Source: Promethearchaeota archaeon Loki_b31
Lineage (GTDB): Archaea > Asgardarchaeota > Lokiarchaeia > Sigyniarchaeales > SOKP01
DNA: 64,000 nt
Direction: 5' to 3'
Assembly: GCA_005222975.1 (NCBI GenBank)
Contig: NJBI01000001.1
Span: 42,571-106,570, forward strand
The translations under genes were made by a program, and so were the position numbers. Numbering within the stretch: position 1 is the first letter of the stretch; each line of letters starts with the position of its first letter. Positions 27,860 to 37,462 of this stretch are shown here, piece by piece. Under the pieces are notes generated by a model. That model saw only the letters and a list, made by a program, of their open reading frames with translations. It searched no databases and had not been told where the DNA came from.

Positions 27860-28834
27860 TTGAAGTTAGAAATGGAATTAAACGATTCTCATCAATCTTA
27901 TAATAAATTAATTTGGCCAGTATATTTACTCAACGGATTTAATAGTATAGCATTTGCGGGCATAATTATTCTAATGGTACCATTGTCTTCGCTTATTTGG
28001 CCAGGAGAAGATTATCACGCGCTAGAGATGGGAATTTTAATGACCACACTTTTATGGACTTCTTCTCTGTCAGGTTTATTCCTTGGTAGGCTTATTGATA
28101 AGTATTCACGAGTAAAAATCTTATTAATTATATCCATTGCCAGAAGTTTTTGCATGATTATGCTCGGGTTCGCTATTGCCGGTCAAGGTATACTGACATG
28201 GTGGTATTTTTTTTTATTTGTTCTAATTTTTGCTCTCTTTGCTGGAGGAAGTTATCCTGCCATAGTTTCACTATCTAACGATATTGTTCCAATAAAACAT
28301 CGCTCTAAATTCTTTGGATATTTTGGTATTTTTGGATCCGTCTTTATGATGCTTGGTTTTCTAATATCTGGTGCTCTAGTGCAGTTTGGGTATTGGAGAT
28401 TATATTTTTTAAGTATAGGAATTGCGGTTCTTCTTTCGGGCTTAATATTTTTTTTTTATGTTAAGGAACCAAAAAGGGGTGTTCAAAGCATTTTATTACG
28501 AGATGTACTTAAAGATCGATCGATTGAATATGATTTTAAGAGGGATAAAGAATTAATGCGTAGAACTATGCTATCTCGCACTAATATTGCAGCTTTAATT
28601 GAGGGAATATTTACCAATGTATTTATGGGAAGTTTGGATATGATTATTTTACCTTATTTACAAACCCCTCCACATAATCTCTCTCCACTAATAACAGGAT
28701 TATTTGTCGTTATTTTTGGAGTTATTGGACGCGTTATAGGGCAAATTTTACTCGCTCGAGTGTCAGATAAGTTAGCAGAGAAAAATGATGTAAGAAGGAT
28801 TGTTTTTATAATATTTTCTTTAGTAGGAGGGTAA
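27860..28834 (+). CDS. MFS transporter paralog, N-terminal two thirds. It ends at an in-frame TAA and is frame-continuous with 28850..29278
   Basis: Collinear with 26311..27762 (LIWPVYLLNGFNSIAFAGIIILMVPLS versus ILWPIYFLNGFQSIAWGGIIFLIVPIS). The likely true start is ATG 27872. TAA at 28832-28834. Confidence 0.6.
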   Translation: MKLEMELNDSHQSYNKLIWPVYLLNGFNSIAFAGIIILMVPLSSLIWPGEDYHALEMGILMTTLLWTSSLSGLFLGRLIDKYSRVKILLIISIARSFCMIMLGFAIAGQGILTWWYFFLFVLIFALFAGGSYPAIVSLSNDIVPIKHRSKFFGYFGIFGSVFMMLGFLISGALVQFGYWRLYFLSIGIAVLLSGLIFFFYVKEPKRGVQSILLRDVLKDRSIEYDFKRDKELMRRTMLSRTNIAALIEGIFTNVFMGSLDMIILPYLQTPPHNLSPLITGLFVVIFGVIGRVIGQILLARVSDKLAEKNDVRRIVFIIFSLVGG

Positions 28835-28849
28835 ATTACTTTTGTTTTA

Positions 28850-29278
28850 ATGTTTTTCGTACCATTGCCTTTTTTAACGCCTGAAGAAGGAGCAAACATC
28901 GTTCTATTCTTTTCACTTCCTTTAACATATGTAATGGGTATTTTAATTTTAAGTTCTGACGCTATATCTTCTTTATACATGGTTAATCAACCACCGATCC
29001 TACAAGAAATAAATCTTCCAGAAGCTCAAGGCCAAATTGTTTCATGGAATCAATTCTTAGAGAATATCGGTTATGGTATGGGGCCTTTAATCGCAGGTAT
29101 TTTCATATCCATTTTCGGACAGAATTATAAGATTAGTGCTGTGATAATAACTATTTTTGTAATTCCTGGTATAATTTTGTGGACATTGTCTTGTAATTGG
29201 TATACACAAGATAAAGAAAGAATTAGGACTATACTAAGTGAACGAGCAACAATTTTGAAATCAAGAAATAAAAACTAA
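28850..29278 (+). CDS. MFS transporter paralog, C-terminal third (same frame as 27860..28834)
   Basis: LYMVNQPPILQEINLPEAQGQIVSWNQFLEN is nearly identical to the paralog. Only 5 sense codons separate it from the TAA. Confidence 0.55.
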   Translation: MFFVPLPFLTPEEGANIVLFFSLPLTYVMGILILSSDAISSLYMVNQPPILQEINLPEAQGQIVSWNQFLENIGYGMGPLIAGIFISIFGQNYKISAVIITIFVIPGIILWTLSCNWYTQDKERIRTILSERATILKSRNKN

Positions 29279-29457
29279 ATAAATGCTGAAACTGTTTTTA
29301 ATATTTAATATTTCTTAAGAAAAATCGTGTGTTTCATTATAGACTAAATAATAATAAATTTTTGTTTTGAAAAACATTCAAATAATCTTAATGATATATT
29401 TATTGTTGTTGGTCTTTTGTTTAATTTTAAAAAATAAAACAAATTAAATTAGATAAA

Positions 29458-30009
29458 ATGAAGGAACCAGGCTCTGAAACACACCCGCTAAAATTTAAGG
29501 TCCCAATCTTCGGAGACGGGGGCGTAGGAAAAACTACCTTGACTCATCGCTTTCTTAATGGGGTTTTTAAAGAATCCTATCAACTAACGATTGGAATGGA
29601 CTTTTTTCTAAAAAAAATTAAAATTAATGGAAAAAGTATTTCTTTGCAAATTTGGGATTTTGCTGGAGAAAAGAAATTTAGGTTTCTCTTACCCGGTGCT
29701 GTGATGGGGGCCAATGGAACCATATTAATGTTTGATTTAACTCGATATGTCACATTTAAAAATCTAACCGATTGGTTAGCTGCTATTAACGAAGCTAACG
29801 AAATACACGATCAAAAATTTATACCTATACTTCTAGTTGGAAGCAAGCTCGATCTTGATGGAATGAGAACAGTTCCAAAAGAAGAGGCCATTAAATTTGC
29901 TAAACAGAATAATTTTATTGATTATATTGAATGTTCTTCAAAAAGCGGTGAAAATGTTGAGGAATTGTTTGCAATAATTAGTAGAAGTATAGTCAAAAAA
30001 CTAAAATAA
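29458..30009 (+). CDS. Ras-superfamily small GTPase (Rab/Ras-like) with atypical G3/G4 motifs
   Basis: G1 GDGGVGKTT, G3 WDFAGE (no catalytic Gln), G4 GSKLD (Ser for Asn), G5 CSSKSG. Confidence 0.85.
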   Translation: MKEPGSETHPLKFKVPIFGDGGVGKTTLTHRFLNGVFKESYQLTIGMDFFLKKIKINGKSISLQIWDFAGEKKFRFLLPGAVMGANGTILMFDLTRYVTFKNLTDWLAAINEANEIHDQKFIPILLVGSKLDLDGMRTVPKEEAIKFAKQNNFIDYIECSSKSGENVEELFAIISRSIVKKLK

Positions 30010-30173
30010 TCCAAAATCATTCTGAATTTCTTTCCGTTTTAAGAAAAAAGAAAAAAGAAAGTATATATTATAAAATTTTTATACCCTCTATTAATTATTA
30101 AGAAGTAATGTTGTACGATTTCTATTTTTAACAATAAATTAATACTTCAAAACTAAATTCTGATGGCAAAATT

Positions 30174-31787
30174 ATGAAATCTATGTACGAATTAAATGTT
30201 CCAATTCCGTCTAAACGCGCTTTAATTGTAAGGAATATCAAAGAAGTTTCTAAAGAGCAGAGAGAAGTTGCTTTGAAAAAGACAGAATATAGTATGTTTT
30301 CTTTTCCAGCAGATATGCTTGTTTTAGATTTTCTTTCTGATAGTGGAAGTTCATCAATGACAGATTTACAGTGGGCTGCTCTTTTTCACGGAGATGAATC
30401 TTATGGGCGTAACAAAGGATATTATGTTCTTCTTGATGCTATTAGAGATACTTTTGAAAGGGGAAATGAGCCAAAAAACGCCATAAACTTAATTCTTTCT
30501 GGAGAAACCAATGTAAAAAAATTAATGGACGAGTTATATCTTACATCGTTCGAAGGAGGTTTTGTTAACGGGGGAATTCATCAGCTGACTCGCCCTAACG
30601 CGTTTTTAGTACCCCAAGGTCGTTGTGCGGAACATTTGTTATTTTCCACTATTGCTCCAATTCTAAAAGAAAAGAGCCCAAATAAAGAATTCTTCATCTT
30701 TAACAACGGACACTTCGATACAACTGAAGCTAATATTGCCGCAAATGGACTCCATCCAATAAATCTATTCTCAGCAAACTTATTGGAAGATTTTCCTCCT
30801 GATCAAATGGATATTAAAAACCCTTTCAAGGGAAATATGGATAGTGAAAAACTGGAATCTTTTATCCAAAAAAAGGGAGCTGATAGCATCCCATTAATAT
30901 ATTTAACTATTACCAATAATACTGCCGCAGGTCAACCCGTTTCAATGAATAACATTAAAACAATTAACGAAATCGCACATCGCTCTGGAATTCCGCTTTT
31001 TTTAGATGCTTGCAGATTTGCTGAAAACGCTTTTTTCATTAAGGAATTCGAAGAAGGGTATAATAACATTAGCATTTTAAAAATAGTTCGAGAGATGTTT
31101 TCTTACGTTGATGGTTTTACTATAAGTTTTAAAAAAGATGGACTTGCTAACATAGGTGGGGGTTTATTTTTTAGAGATCAAGGAGTATTTTACAAAAAAT
31201 TCTCGACTAACGGGAATATTGGGATTAAATTAAAAGAAAAACAAATCCTTACATTTGGGAACGACTCGTATGGGGGATTATCAGGTCGGGACATTATGGC
31301 TTTAGCAGTAGGTTTATATGAAGTTGTTAAAGAACCATATCTGGCTGAGAGGATTCGCCAAGTTCGAGAATTTGCGCGAAAACTAACTGAAAATGGAGTA
31401 CCTGTTGTGCTTCCTGCGGGCGGTCACGCTGTCTATATTAATATGGATAAATTCTTTAAGGGGACAGATATGAAGGTGGATGATTTTGGTGGCGTTGGAT
31501 TCGGTATAGAACTCTTAAGACACTACGGAATTAGAGCCTGTGAATTAGGACCTTTTGCGTTTGAGTGGGATAAGAAAACGCCAGAACAACGAAAAAGTAT
31601 CTTAAATTTAGTTCGATTTGCGGTACCTAGAAACACCTATGGGCCTTCTCATATTAATTACGCAGTCGCAGCTGTAACCGAACTTTACCGCAATCGAGAA
31701 AAAATTCCGAAAGTAAGAGTTTCTCGTGGTGTTAACTTAAAATTGCGCCACTTTCAATCAGGACTACAACCTATTTACAACGATTAA
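30174..31787 (+). CDS. PLP-dependent beta-eliminating lyase family protein (tryptophanase / tyrosine phenol-lyase-like)
   Basis: FLSDSGSSSMTDLQWAALFHGDESYGRNKGYY matches the TnaA/TPL N-terminal block. SFKKDGLANIGG matches the PLP-lysine block. At 537 aa it is longer than typical members. Confidence 0.8.
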   Translation: MKSMYELNVPIPSKRALIVRNIKEVSKEQREVALKKTEYSMFSFPADMLVLDFLSDSGSSSMTDLQWAALFHGDESYGRNKGYYVLLDAIRDTFERGNEPKNAINLILSGETNVKKLMDELYLTSFEGGFVNGGIHQLTRPNAFLVPQGRCAEHLLFSTIAPILKEKSPNKEFFIFNNGHFDTTEANIAANGLHPINLFSANLLEDFPPDQMDIKNPFKGNMDSEKLESFIQKKGADSIPLIYLTITNNTAAGQPVSMNNIKTINEIAHRSGIPLFLDACRFAENAFFIKEFEEGYNNISILKIVREMFSYVDGFTISFKKDGLANIGGGLFFRDQGVFYKKFSTNGNIGIKLKEKQILTFGNDSYGGLSGRDIMALAVGLYEVVKEPYLAERIRQVREFARKLTENGVPVVLPAGGHAVYINMDKFFKGTDMKVDDFGGVGFGIELLRHYGIRACELGPFAFEWDKKTPEQRKSILNLVRFAVPRNTYGPSHINYAVAAVTELYRNREKIPKVRVSRGVNLKLRHFQSGLQPIYND

Positions 31788-31887
31788 ATCTAAGAACATC
31801 TTACAAATATAATCTAACAATAAAATAGCTTAGAAACTCATCTCATTCCATTGAAAAAAGAATTGATGATAATTTGTATAAATCAAA

Positions 31888-32208
31888 TTAAATTTCTAGC
31901 GTTCTTAACCTTTGAGAAATGTTTTTTCTTCTTAGAATCTTCATAAAATCGTCTTCATTTTGTTTTAATCGGCTAAGGAACATATCTAACTTGTCAAAAT
32001 TATTAAACCAATGTTCTTCTCCATTTGCTATGATTTTTACGCCCTTCTTATCGTTGTTGTCGACAATTGCGTAAATTCCTCCTATTTCAGAGTCATGTTT
32101 TATAAAGATCTTTTTGCCTACTAAATTATTACCTTTTTCATTACCCTTTTTAGCCCAGAATTGATTCTTAAGAAGATAACTTCTGTACATACTCAATTTT
32201 TCACACAC
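31888..32208 (-). CDS. Hypothetical protein
   Basis: 106-aa ORF with no recognisable motif. Confidence 0.35.
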   Translation of the reverse strand: MCEKLSMYRSYLLKNQFWAKKGNEKGNNLVGKKIFIKHDSEIGGIYAIVDNNDKKGVKIIANGEEHWFNNFDKLDMFLSRLKQNEDDFMKILRRKNISQRLRTLEI

Positions 32209-32618
32209 ACGACCTTAATTTTGATATATTTCTCACGAGTCATCGTGATATAGCTACTAATGACCCTTTAAGTAGTATCTAAATAATATAAGTTATATGC
32301 GATTAAAGATTGATGTGTTATCCGTATTATATCCACATATTACGCGAATTTTAATTCACGATTAAAAGATTTACTCATATTATTCAAATACACTATGATC
32401 AAAAATTCACCAAATTAGTATTTAAATAACAAAGTAAACAGGGAAGCACCATTTACTGAAAAAAAAAAACCTTAGGTTATATAAGAAAAATTTCCATTGC
32501 AAGTTTGTAATATAGCAACGATATTCTTCTATAAAAAAACCATTTAAAAATTCGCTTAAATTATTGTTACTTAAGAGTTGAAAAAGAAGATTAGGGATAA
32601 GAGAGGTATACATTAATA

Positions 32619-32918
32619 ATGGTAGTATGTGAATGTGATTTCTATATGAATATTTTTGACGATTTTCTACTAGCTAAAAACGACGAAAACCAAAAAATCA
32701 TGTGGAAAATGCGCACAATAATCGATTTAATGAAGATTACGAACGGACAAGACGATAACGGATTCATGGAAAACGCACTAAGAATGATTATGCTAATCTC
32801 CAATCATTATATTATGACTCCCTGTGAACTTGAGCGTAATTATTTTGTCAACGCACCATTTGATGAAAAAGAAGAATTGAAAACTGTTTTAAAAGAAGAA
32901 TTTATTCGATCTCTATGA
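32619..32918 (+). CDS. Hypothetical protein
   Basis: 99-aa ORF with no recognisable motif. Confidence 0.3.
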   Translation: MVVCECDFYMNIFDDFLLAKNDENQKIMWKMRTIIDLMKITNGQDDNGFMENALRMIMLISNHYIMTPCELERNYFVNAPFDEKEELKTVLKEEFIRSL

Positions 32919-32921
32919 AAT

Positions 32922-33428
32922 TTATTTAAATTCCTTTTCAAATTTCCAAACACTGTCTTGTATCGTGTGAAGGTTGAATAAAACTTTCCCTGATTTCATT
33001 TTTTCCATGCTCTGGGCGTTGTATATGGCTTTACAAATTGCTAAAGCTCGATCATGAGTTTCATCTACAACTACAACAATCTCGTCTTTCTTTATAGAAT
33101 GATCGATTTTTGTTATTCCAGGACGCATGATATCTGCTCCATTCGCGACATAGCGAATAGCTCCCTTATCAACGGTAATTTTTTTCAAATCGACCTGTTT
33201 GTTAAGAAGTAGAGTTAAAACAGGAATATATCCATCTTTAGATTTCCAGAGTTTTAAGACGCTATTTATGGCGTATAAGGTGTCTCCGGCATCCGTTTGG
33301 ATAACCTCGACTCGAGCTTTTTTAGGAAAAATTTGGTTCAGGAATTTCTCGTCGTAATGCTTCAAAACGTCTTCCTGTAGCTCTTTTATCTGCGATTTTT
33401 GAATAAAGTGCCTTTGTTTAATATTCAT
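32922..33428 (-). CDS. PUA-domain RNA-binding protein (MCT-1/Tma20-like, DUF1947+PUA)
   Basis: C-terminal PUA block: ITVDKGAIRYVANGADIMRPGI...DEIVVVVDETHDRALAICKAIY. Confidence 0.75.
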   Translation of the reverse strand: MNIKQRHFIQKSQIKELQEDVLKHYDEKFLNQIFPKKARVEVIQTDAGDTLYAINSVLKLWKSKDGYIPVLTLLLNKQVDLKKITVDKGAIRYVANGADIMRPGITKIDHSIKKDEIVVVVDETHDRALAICKAIYNAQSMEKMKSGKVLFNLHTIQDSVWKFEKEFK

Positions 33429-33499
33429 AGTTAATTAACTTAAAAAAGATTATCAAATAAAAACCTTTTATATCCCCGTGTTTATATTAACATTAATTT

Positions 33500-34039
33500 A
33501 TGACTAAAGTTAATTCATCGGCAGTAGTCATCATCCCTCCAAAAAAAATTTGGGAGCCAATTCAAGAAATTCGAAGGATTTACGATAGACAAATTCGTAG
33601 ATGGATGCCTCACATCACTTTACTATATCCCTTTCGACCTGAATCCGAATATAATACTTTAGAGAGTCTGTTCTCAACGATATGCAAAAAAATAAAATCG
33701 TTTGAGATTATATTTAGTAAGTTTAAATATTTCAATCATGGAAAACAGACGTATACCCTTTGGTTGGCTCCCGAGCCTGAATCTTTAATTATTGACTTCC
33801 AGTATAAGCTTTTGGCAATTATTACAGACTGCAATAATGTAAATTTACACAAAAACGGTTTTACTCCTCATTTAAGCGTAGGACAAATTGAAGGGAAAAA
33901 AAGACTAATAGAGGTTATAGAAACTCTTCAAAGGAATTGGAGTCAATTAAAATTCACGATAAATTCAATTTATTTTATCGCAAGAGAGAAACAGAAACTA
34001 TCGAAATTTGAAGTTAAAAAGACTTTTTTGTTAAACTAA
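33500..34039 (+). CDS. 2H phosphoesterase superfamily protein (LigT / 2'-5' RNA ligase-like)
   Basis: Two H-x-[TS]-x motifs: PHITLLYPF and PHLSVGQ. Confidence 0.7.
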   Translation: MTKVNSSAVVIIPPKKIWEPIQEIRRIYDRQIRRWMPHITLLYPFRPESEYNTLESLFSTICKKIKSFEIIFSKFKYFNHGKQTYTLWLAPEPESLIIDFQYKLLAIITDCNNVNLHKNGFTPHLSVGQIEGKKRLIEVIETLQRNWSQLKFTINSIYFIAREKQKLSKFEVKKTFLLN

Positions 34040-34097
34040 GAATTAGTTTATCAAAATATATTTGAAAATGAGTTGAGATAAAAAAATTAATTCATTT

Positions 34098-34667
34098 TTA
34101 GTTCTCTTTGTACTTGAAAACTAATTCTGCTATTTTCTGAAACACTTCTTTTACGGTATCCCCCGTAAGAGCCGAGGTTTCGAAATAAGGCGCGTTGAGC
34201 TTTTCGCTTAGATGCTCTGCCATGGGCAATATGATTTTACGCTCGTCTTTCAAATCTACTTTATTTCCTATTAAGATTCGAGGGACGTTACTGAGCCCAA
34301 ATTTTTCAGCTGAAGAGTACCAATTAGTAATGTTGGAAAAAGTGCTAGACCGTGTCATGTCATATACCAGAATCATACCATCCGCCCCATTAAAGTAGGG
34401 GCGATGTAACATATAGAACTGTGGTTGTCCCGCTACCTCCCAGAACATCAAGTTAATTGTAGCGTTGTTCTCCTTCAATTCAATTGGTTCCTTTACAATA
34501 TTAACACCGACTGTGGGCAAATAAACCTCCTCAAACTTATTGGTGGCAAATTTCGTAAGAAGGCTGGTTTTCCCAACAGAAGGGTCACCAATAACAATTA
34601 CTTTATATATCGATTCAGTCCTCCCCTCAAAAAATAATCCTCCTTCTTCTCTCTTGTTATTACTCAT
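34098..34667 (-). CDS. Ras-superfamily small GTPase (tandem paralog A)
   Basis: G1 GDPSVGKTS, G3 WEVAGQ, G4 GNKVDL, G5 ETSAL. Confidence 0.85.
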   Translation of the reverse strand: MSNNKREEGGLFFEGRTESIYKVIVIGDPSVGKTSLLTKFATNKFEEVYLPTVGVNIVKEPIELKENNATINLMFWEVAGQPQFYMLHRPYFNGADGMILVYDMTRSSTFSNITNWYSSAEKFGLSNVPRILIGNKVDLKDERKIILPMAEHLSEKLNAPYFETSALTGDTVKEVFQKIAELVFKYKEN

Positions 34668-34849
34668 TTGAATTCTGAACCTTTGTGATTTTAATTTTGA
34701 ATAGTTATAATAAATATGAAGTACATCTATATAATTTTTAATAATTTACTTTAAAACTATTTAAGTTTAAGTTTGAAACACTCCAAAGGAATTTGATTTG
34801 CTTCTACGAAAAAGATTTGAAAAAGAGCAACGATAAAAAAATAATTTTA

Positions 34850-35422
34850 TTAATAGTTCTCTTTGTACTTGAAAACTAATTCTCCTATTTTTTGAAACAC
34901 TTCTTTTACGGTTTCCCCCGTAAGAGCTGAGGTTTCGAAATAAGGCGCGTTGAGTTTTTCGCTTAGATGCTCTGCCATGGGCAATATGATTTTACGCTCG
35001 TCTTTTAAATCTATTTTATTTCCTATTAAGATTCGTGGGATGCCACTAAGCCCATATTTTACGGCAGAATTGTACCAATTATTGATGTTAGAAAAAGTAC
35101 TAGACCGCGTTATGTCAAATACTAGAATCATACCATCCGCTCCGTTAAAGTAAGGACGATGTAACATATAGAACTGCGGTTGTCCCGCTACGTCCCAAAA
35201 CATCAAATTAATTATAGCATTAAGACCCTCCAATTCAATGGGCTCTTTAACAATGGACACACCGACTGTGGGCAAATATTTTTCCTCAAATTGGTTTTTA
35301 GCGAATTTTGTAAGAAGGCTCGTCTTCCCAACAGCGGGATCGCCAATAACAATTACTTTAAAAATGGATTCTGTTCGCCCTTGAAAAACTAAATTTCCTT
35401 CTTTCCTCTCGTTATTACTCAT
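34850..35422 (-). CDS. Ras-superfamily small GTPase (tandem paralog B)
   Basis: G1 GDPAVGKTS, G3 WDVAGQ, G4 GNKIDL, G5 ETSAL. Very high identity to 34098..34667. Confidence 0.85.
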   Translation of the reverse strand: MSNNERKEGNLVFQGRTESIFKVIVIGDPAVGKTSLLTKFAKNQFEEKYLPTVGVSIVKEPIELEGLNAIINLMFWDVAGQPQFYMLHRPYFNGADGMILVFDITRSSTFSNINNWYNSAVKYGLSGIPRILIGNKIDLKDERKIILPMAEHLSEKLNAPYFETSALTGETVKEVFQKIGELVFKYKENY

Positions 35423-35615
35423 TTGATTTCTAATCGTTTGTGATTTTAATTATAAATTGTTATTATAAATATGAAGTTCTTATTTATAATTTTTAACAAT
35501 TTCCTTTTAAAATATTTAAGCTTAACGATTGAAAAAAGTAAGCATTAATAAGGAATTTATTGAGAAAGTTTAAGAGAATTATGAAAAATTTTTTTTTAAA
35601 GCTTTTTTTTAGATA

Positions 35616-36257
35616 TTAATTTTTTACCATTAATTTGTTTATCCAAAATTCTATTTTTTCCTCTAAATATTTTTCAATACTCTCAGAGGATGAATTTTCT
35701 GCATCAAACAAATCTGATAACGATTTTGCAGAGTTTAAACGATTTGTGACTTGTGAGATTTCATAGAGTATTCTATGTCCGCCTGTGAATTCGAAGATTT
35801 CTTCTTTAATTTTCTCCAAAATTGATTTAACGGCTTGAGGATCGTCGCTATCTTCTAAATCCGCTTTTAAATCGTTTAATTGGGATATTATAGATTCTTT
35901 CTTGTCTGTTGCAGATTCGTTTCTTTCTATAACATCTTCTACGCCTTCTTTTTTAGAAGGACTTATGTTTATATTTATAATCAAGGATTTAATTAAGTCT
36001 AAATCTTTTTCTAAAATTTTCTGATTTTCAATTACATTACTCAATTGAGGTATTAGACTTTTAATGTCAATAGTAGCCTTATCTAGCTCGTTAATTTTAT
36101 CAGTTAGTTGTGTAATTTTCAAATTTGTCTGTCCCATTTTTGTTATAATATCTAAACCAAACTTTTCAAGTATTGAGGAGAAAGCGCCAATTTTCTCGTC
36201 GAACTCTTTAAAAGACTTAGACAAATCGTTTAATGTAAGGTCGTTAGGTTCTTCCAT
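35616..36257 (-). CDS. Acidic coiled-coil protein, unknown function
   Basis: 213-aa ORF with heptad-like helical sequence, divergent from the longin-GTPase gene. Confidence 0.45.
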   Translation of the reverse strand: MEEPNDLTLNDLSKSFKEFDEKIGAFSSILEKFGLDIITKMGQTNLKITQLTDKINELDKATIDIKSLIPQLSNVIENQKILEKDLDLIKSLIININISPSKKEGVEDVIERNESATDKKESIISQLNDLKADLEDSDDPQAVKSILEKIKEEIFEFTGGHRILYEISQVTNRLNSAKSLSDLFDAENSSSESIEKYLEEKIEFWINKLMVKN

Positions 36258-36484
36258 GAGTTATCATCTTTTAAATTTTAATAAATTTGAAGAATAAGAT
36301 TATTTTAATGTTTTTGATGAGAATGTTATAAAAAGATCAATTTTTTATAATAAATATAGTACATTAAAAATATAAATTCAAGTTTTTTCGATTATCAAGT
36401 TTTACAGCTTCAATTATGAGTCTTTATCAAGATAAATACAATAAGAGCGCATAAGCTCTTCACAACATAAACTATCGTGATTTT

Positions 36485-37369
36485 ATGATTCAATACATTA
36501 ATATATTGACCCGAACTGGAAAATCTTTGCTATTCAGGAATTATGGTAGTTCTGATGTGGATAGAGACTTATTAGCGGGATTTTTAAGCGCTTTTTCGGG
36601 GTTTATGAAAGAAATAAGTCAAAGCGACATAAAATCCACGGCTACAGACGAGTTTAAGTACTATTATACAATTATTGATGAGATTATAATTGTAGTATGC
36701 ACGGATCTTGTGGATGATGACGCTGTAGTTAACTCGAAAATTACGACGATAAGAGCAAAGTTCATTGAAATGTATGGAGAACTTTTAGCGAGTGGTGATT
36801 GGACCGGAAATCGCGCTATTTTTACAAACTTTGAAAGAGAGATTGACGATACGATTCTTGGCTCTATAAAAGTATCTATTATAGGAATTGGAGGCGTTGG
36901 AAAATCTACGCTCCTACGCTTAATCTGTGGCAAAGAAGTCGATTTAGAATACGTTCCAACAATAAATGTTGACATAGCTTCTTTTAACGGAGAAGAACTT
37001 GATGTTCCTCGTTCAATTGTACTTTGGGATTTTGCGGGGCAGAGCAATTATCGGTCTTTATGGAAAAGTTTATTGGATAATACTGACTTAGCTCTCCTAG
37101 TGCTTGATTCTAGTTTTGAGAATGTAAACTATAGTAAAGATATTATTCGGGATATTTTAGATTTTTATTATAAGGATGTTTTAGTCATTGGAATCGCGAA
37201 TAAACAAGATTTGCCAAATAGGTTAACACCTAAATTTTGTGAAAGGATATTGTCCGAAACGGAAAGGGACCCACCTATTAAAGTCCACGGAATGATTGCA
37301 ATTAATCCCAATTATAGAGAGAAAATTCACGCAATCTTAAGAGAAGCCATAAATAAAATTCTTAAATAA
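36485..37369 (+). CDS. Fusion protein: N-terminal longin/roadblock-like domain plus C-terminal small GTPase domain
   Basis: N-terminus MIQYINILTRTGKSLLFRNYG...LLAGFLSAFSGFMKEISQ...IIIVVCTD. GTPase motifs: G1 GIGGVGKST, G3 WDFAGQ, G4 ANKQDL. Confidence 0.8.
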   Translation: MIQYINILTRTGKSLLFRNYGSSDVDRDLLAGFLSAFSGFMKEISQSDIKSTATDEFKYYYTIIDEIIIVVCTDLVDDDAVVNSKITTIRAKFIEMYGELLASGDWTGNRAIFTNFEREIDDTILGSIKVSIIGIGGVGKSTLLRLICGKEVDLEYVPTINVDIASFNGEELDVPRSIVLWDFAGQSNYRSLWKSLLDNTDLALLVLDSSFENVNYSKDIIRDILDFYYKDVLVIGIANKQDLPNRLTPKFCERILSETERDPPIKVHGMIAINPNYREKIHAILREAINKILK

Positions 37370-37462
37370 GTCCCAACTTAAACCAAAAATCTGAGTGAAA
37401 ACATAAAAAATTTAAGAATTTTATAATTATTGGTTATTATCTGACAAGTAATTATAATTATA

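Larger units (their letters stand above)
34098..35490. repeat. Tandem duplication (period about 752 bp) covering two small-GTPase genes plus their 5' leader regions
   Basis: 34850 minus 34098 is 752. The 3' halves of the genes are near-identical at nucleotide level (e.g. ggcgcgttgag(c/t)ttttcgcttagatgctctgccatgggcaatatgattttacgctcgtctt). The upstream leaders share catttga..tttgtgattttaatt...tataaatatgaagt. Confidence 0.85.

Noticed and set aside
32422-32613. 63-aa minus-strand ORF in the 410-bp intergenic region
   Set aside because: The translation is low-complexity and Phe/Leu/Asn-rich. It contains an A/T homopolymer and has no SD, so it is probably non-coding.
34195-35392. Pairs of plus-strand ORFs (34195, 34425, 34950, 35180) that look conserved with each other
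   Set aside because: Their conservation is a by-product of the tandem duplication of the minus-strand GTPase genes. They are antisense shadows.
36310-36470. TGATGA (C-box-like) at about 36315 and a 6-bp hairpin AAGAGC-GCATAA-GCTCTT upstream of the longin-GTPase gene. A further TGATGA lies at about 31863
   Set aside because: There is no matching D box (CTGA) at a suitable distance and no terminal stem, so this is not a convincing C/D sRNA. The hairpin is short and could occur by chance.
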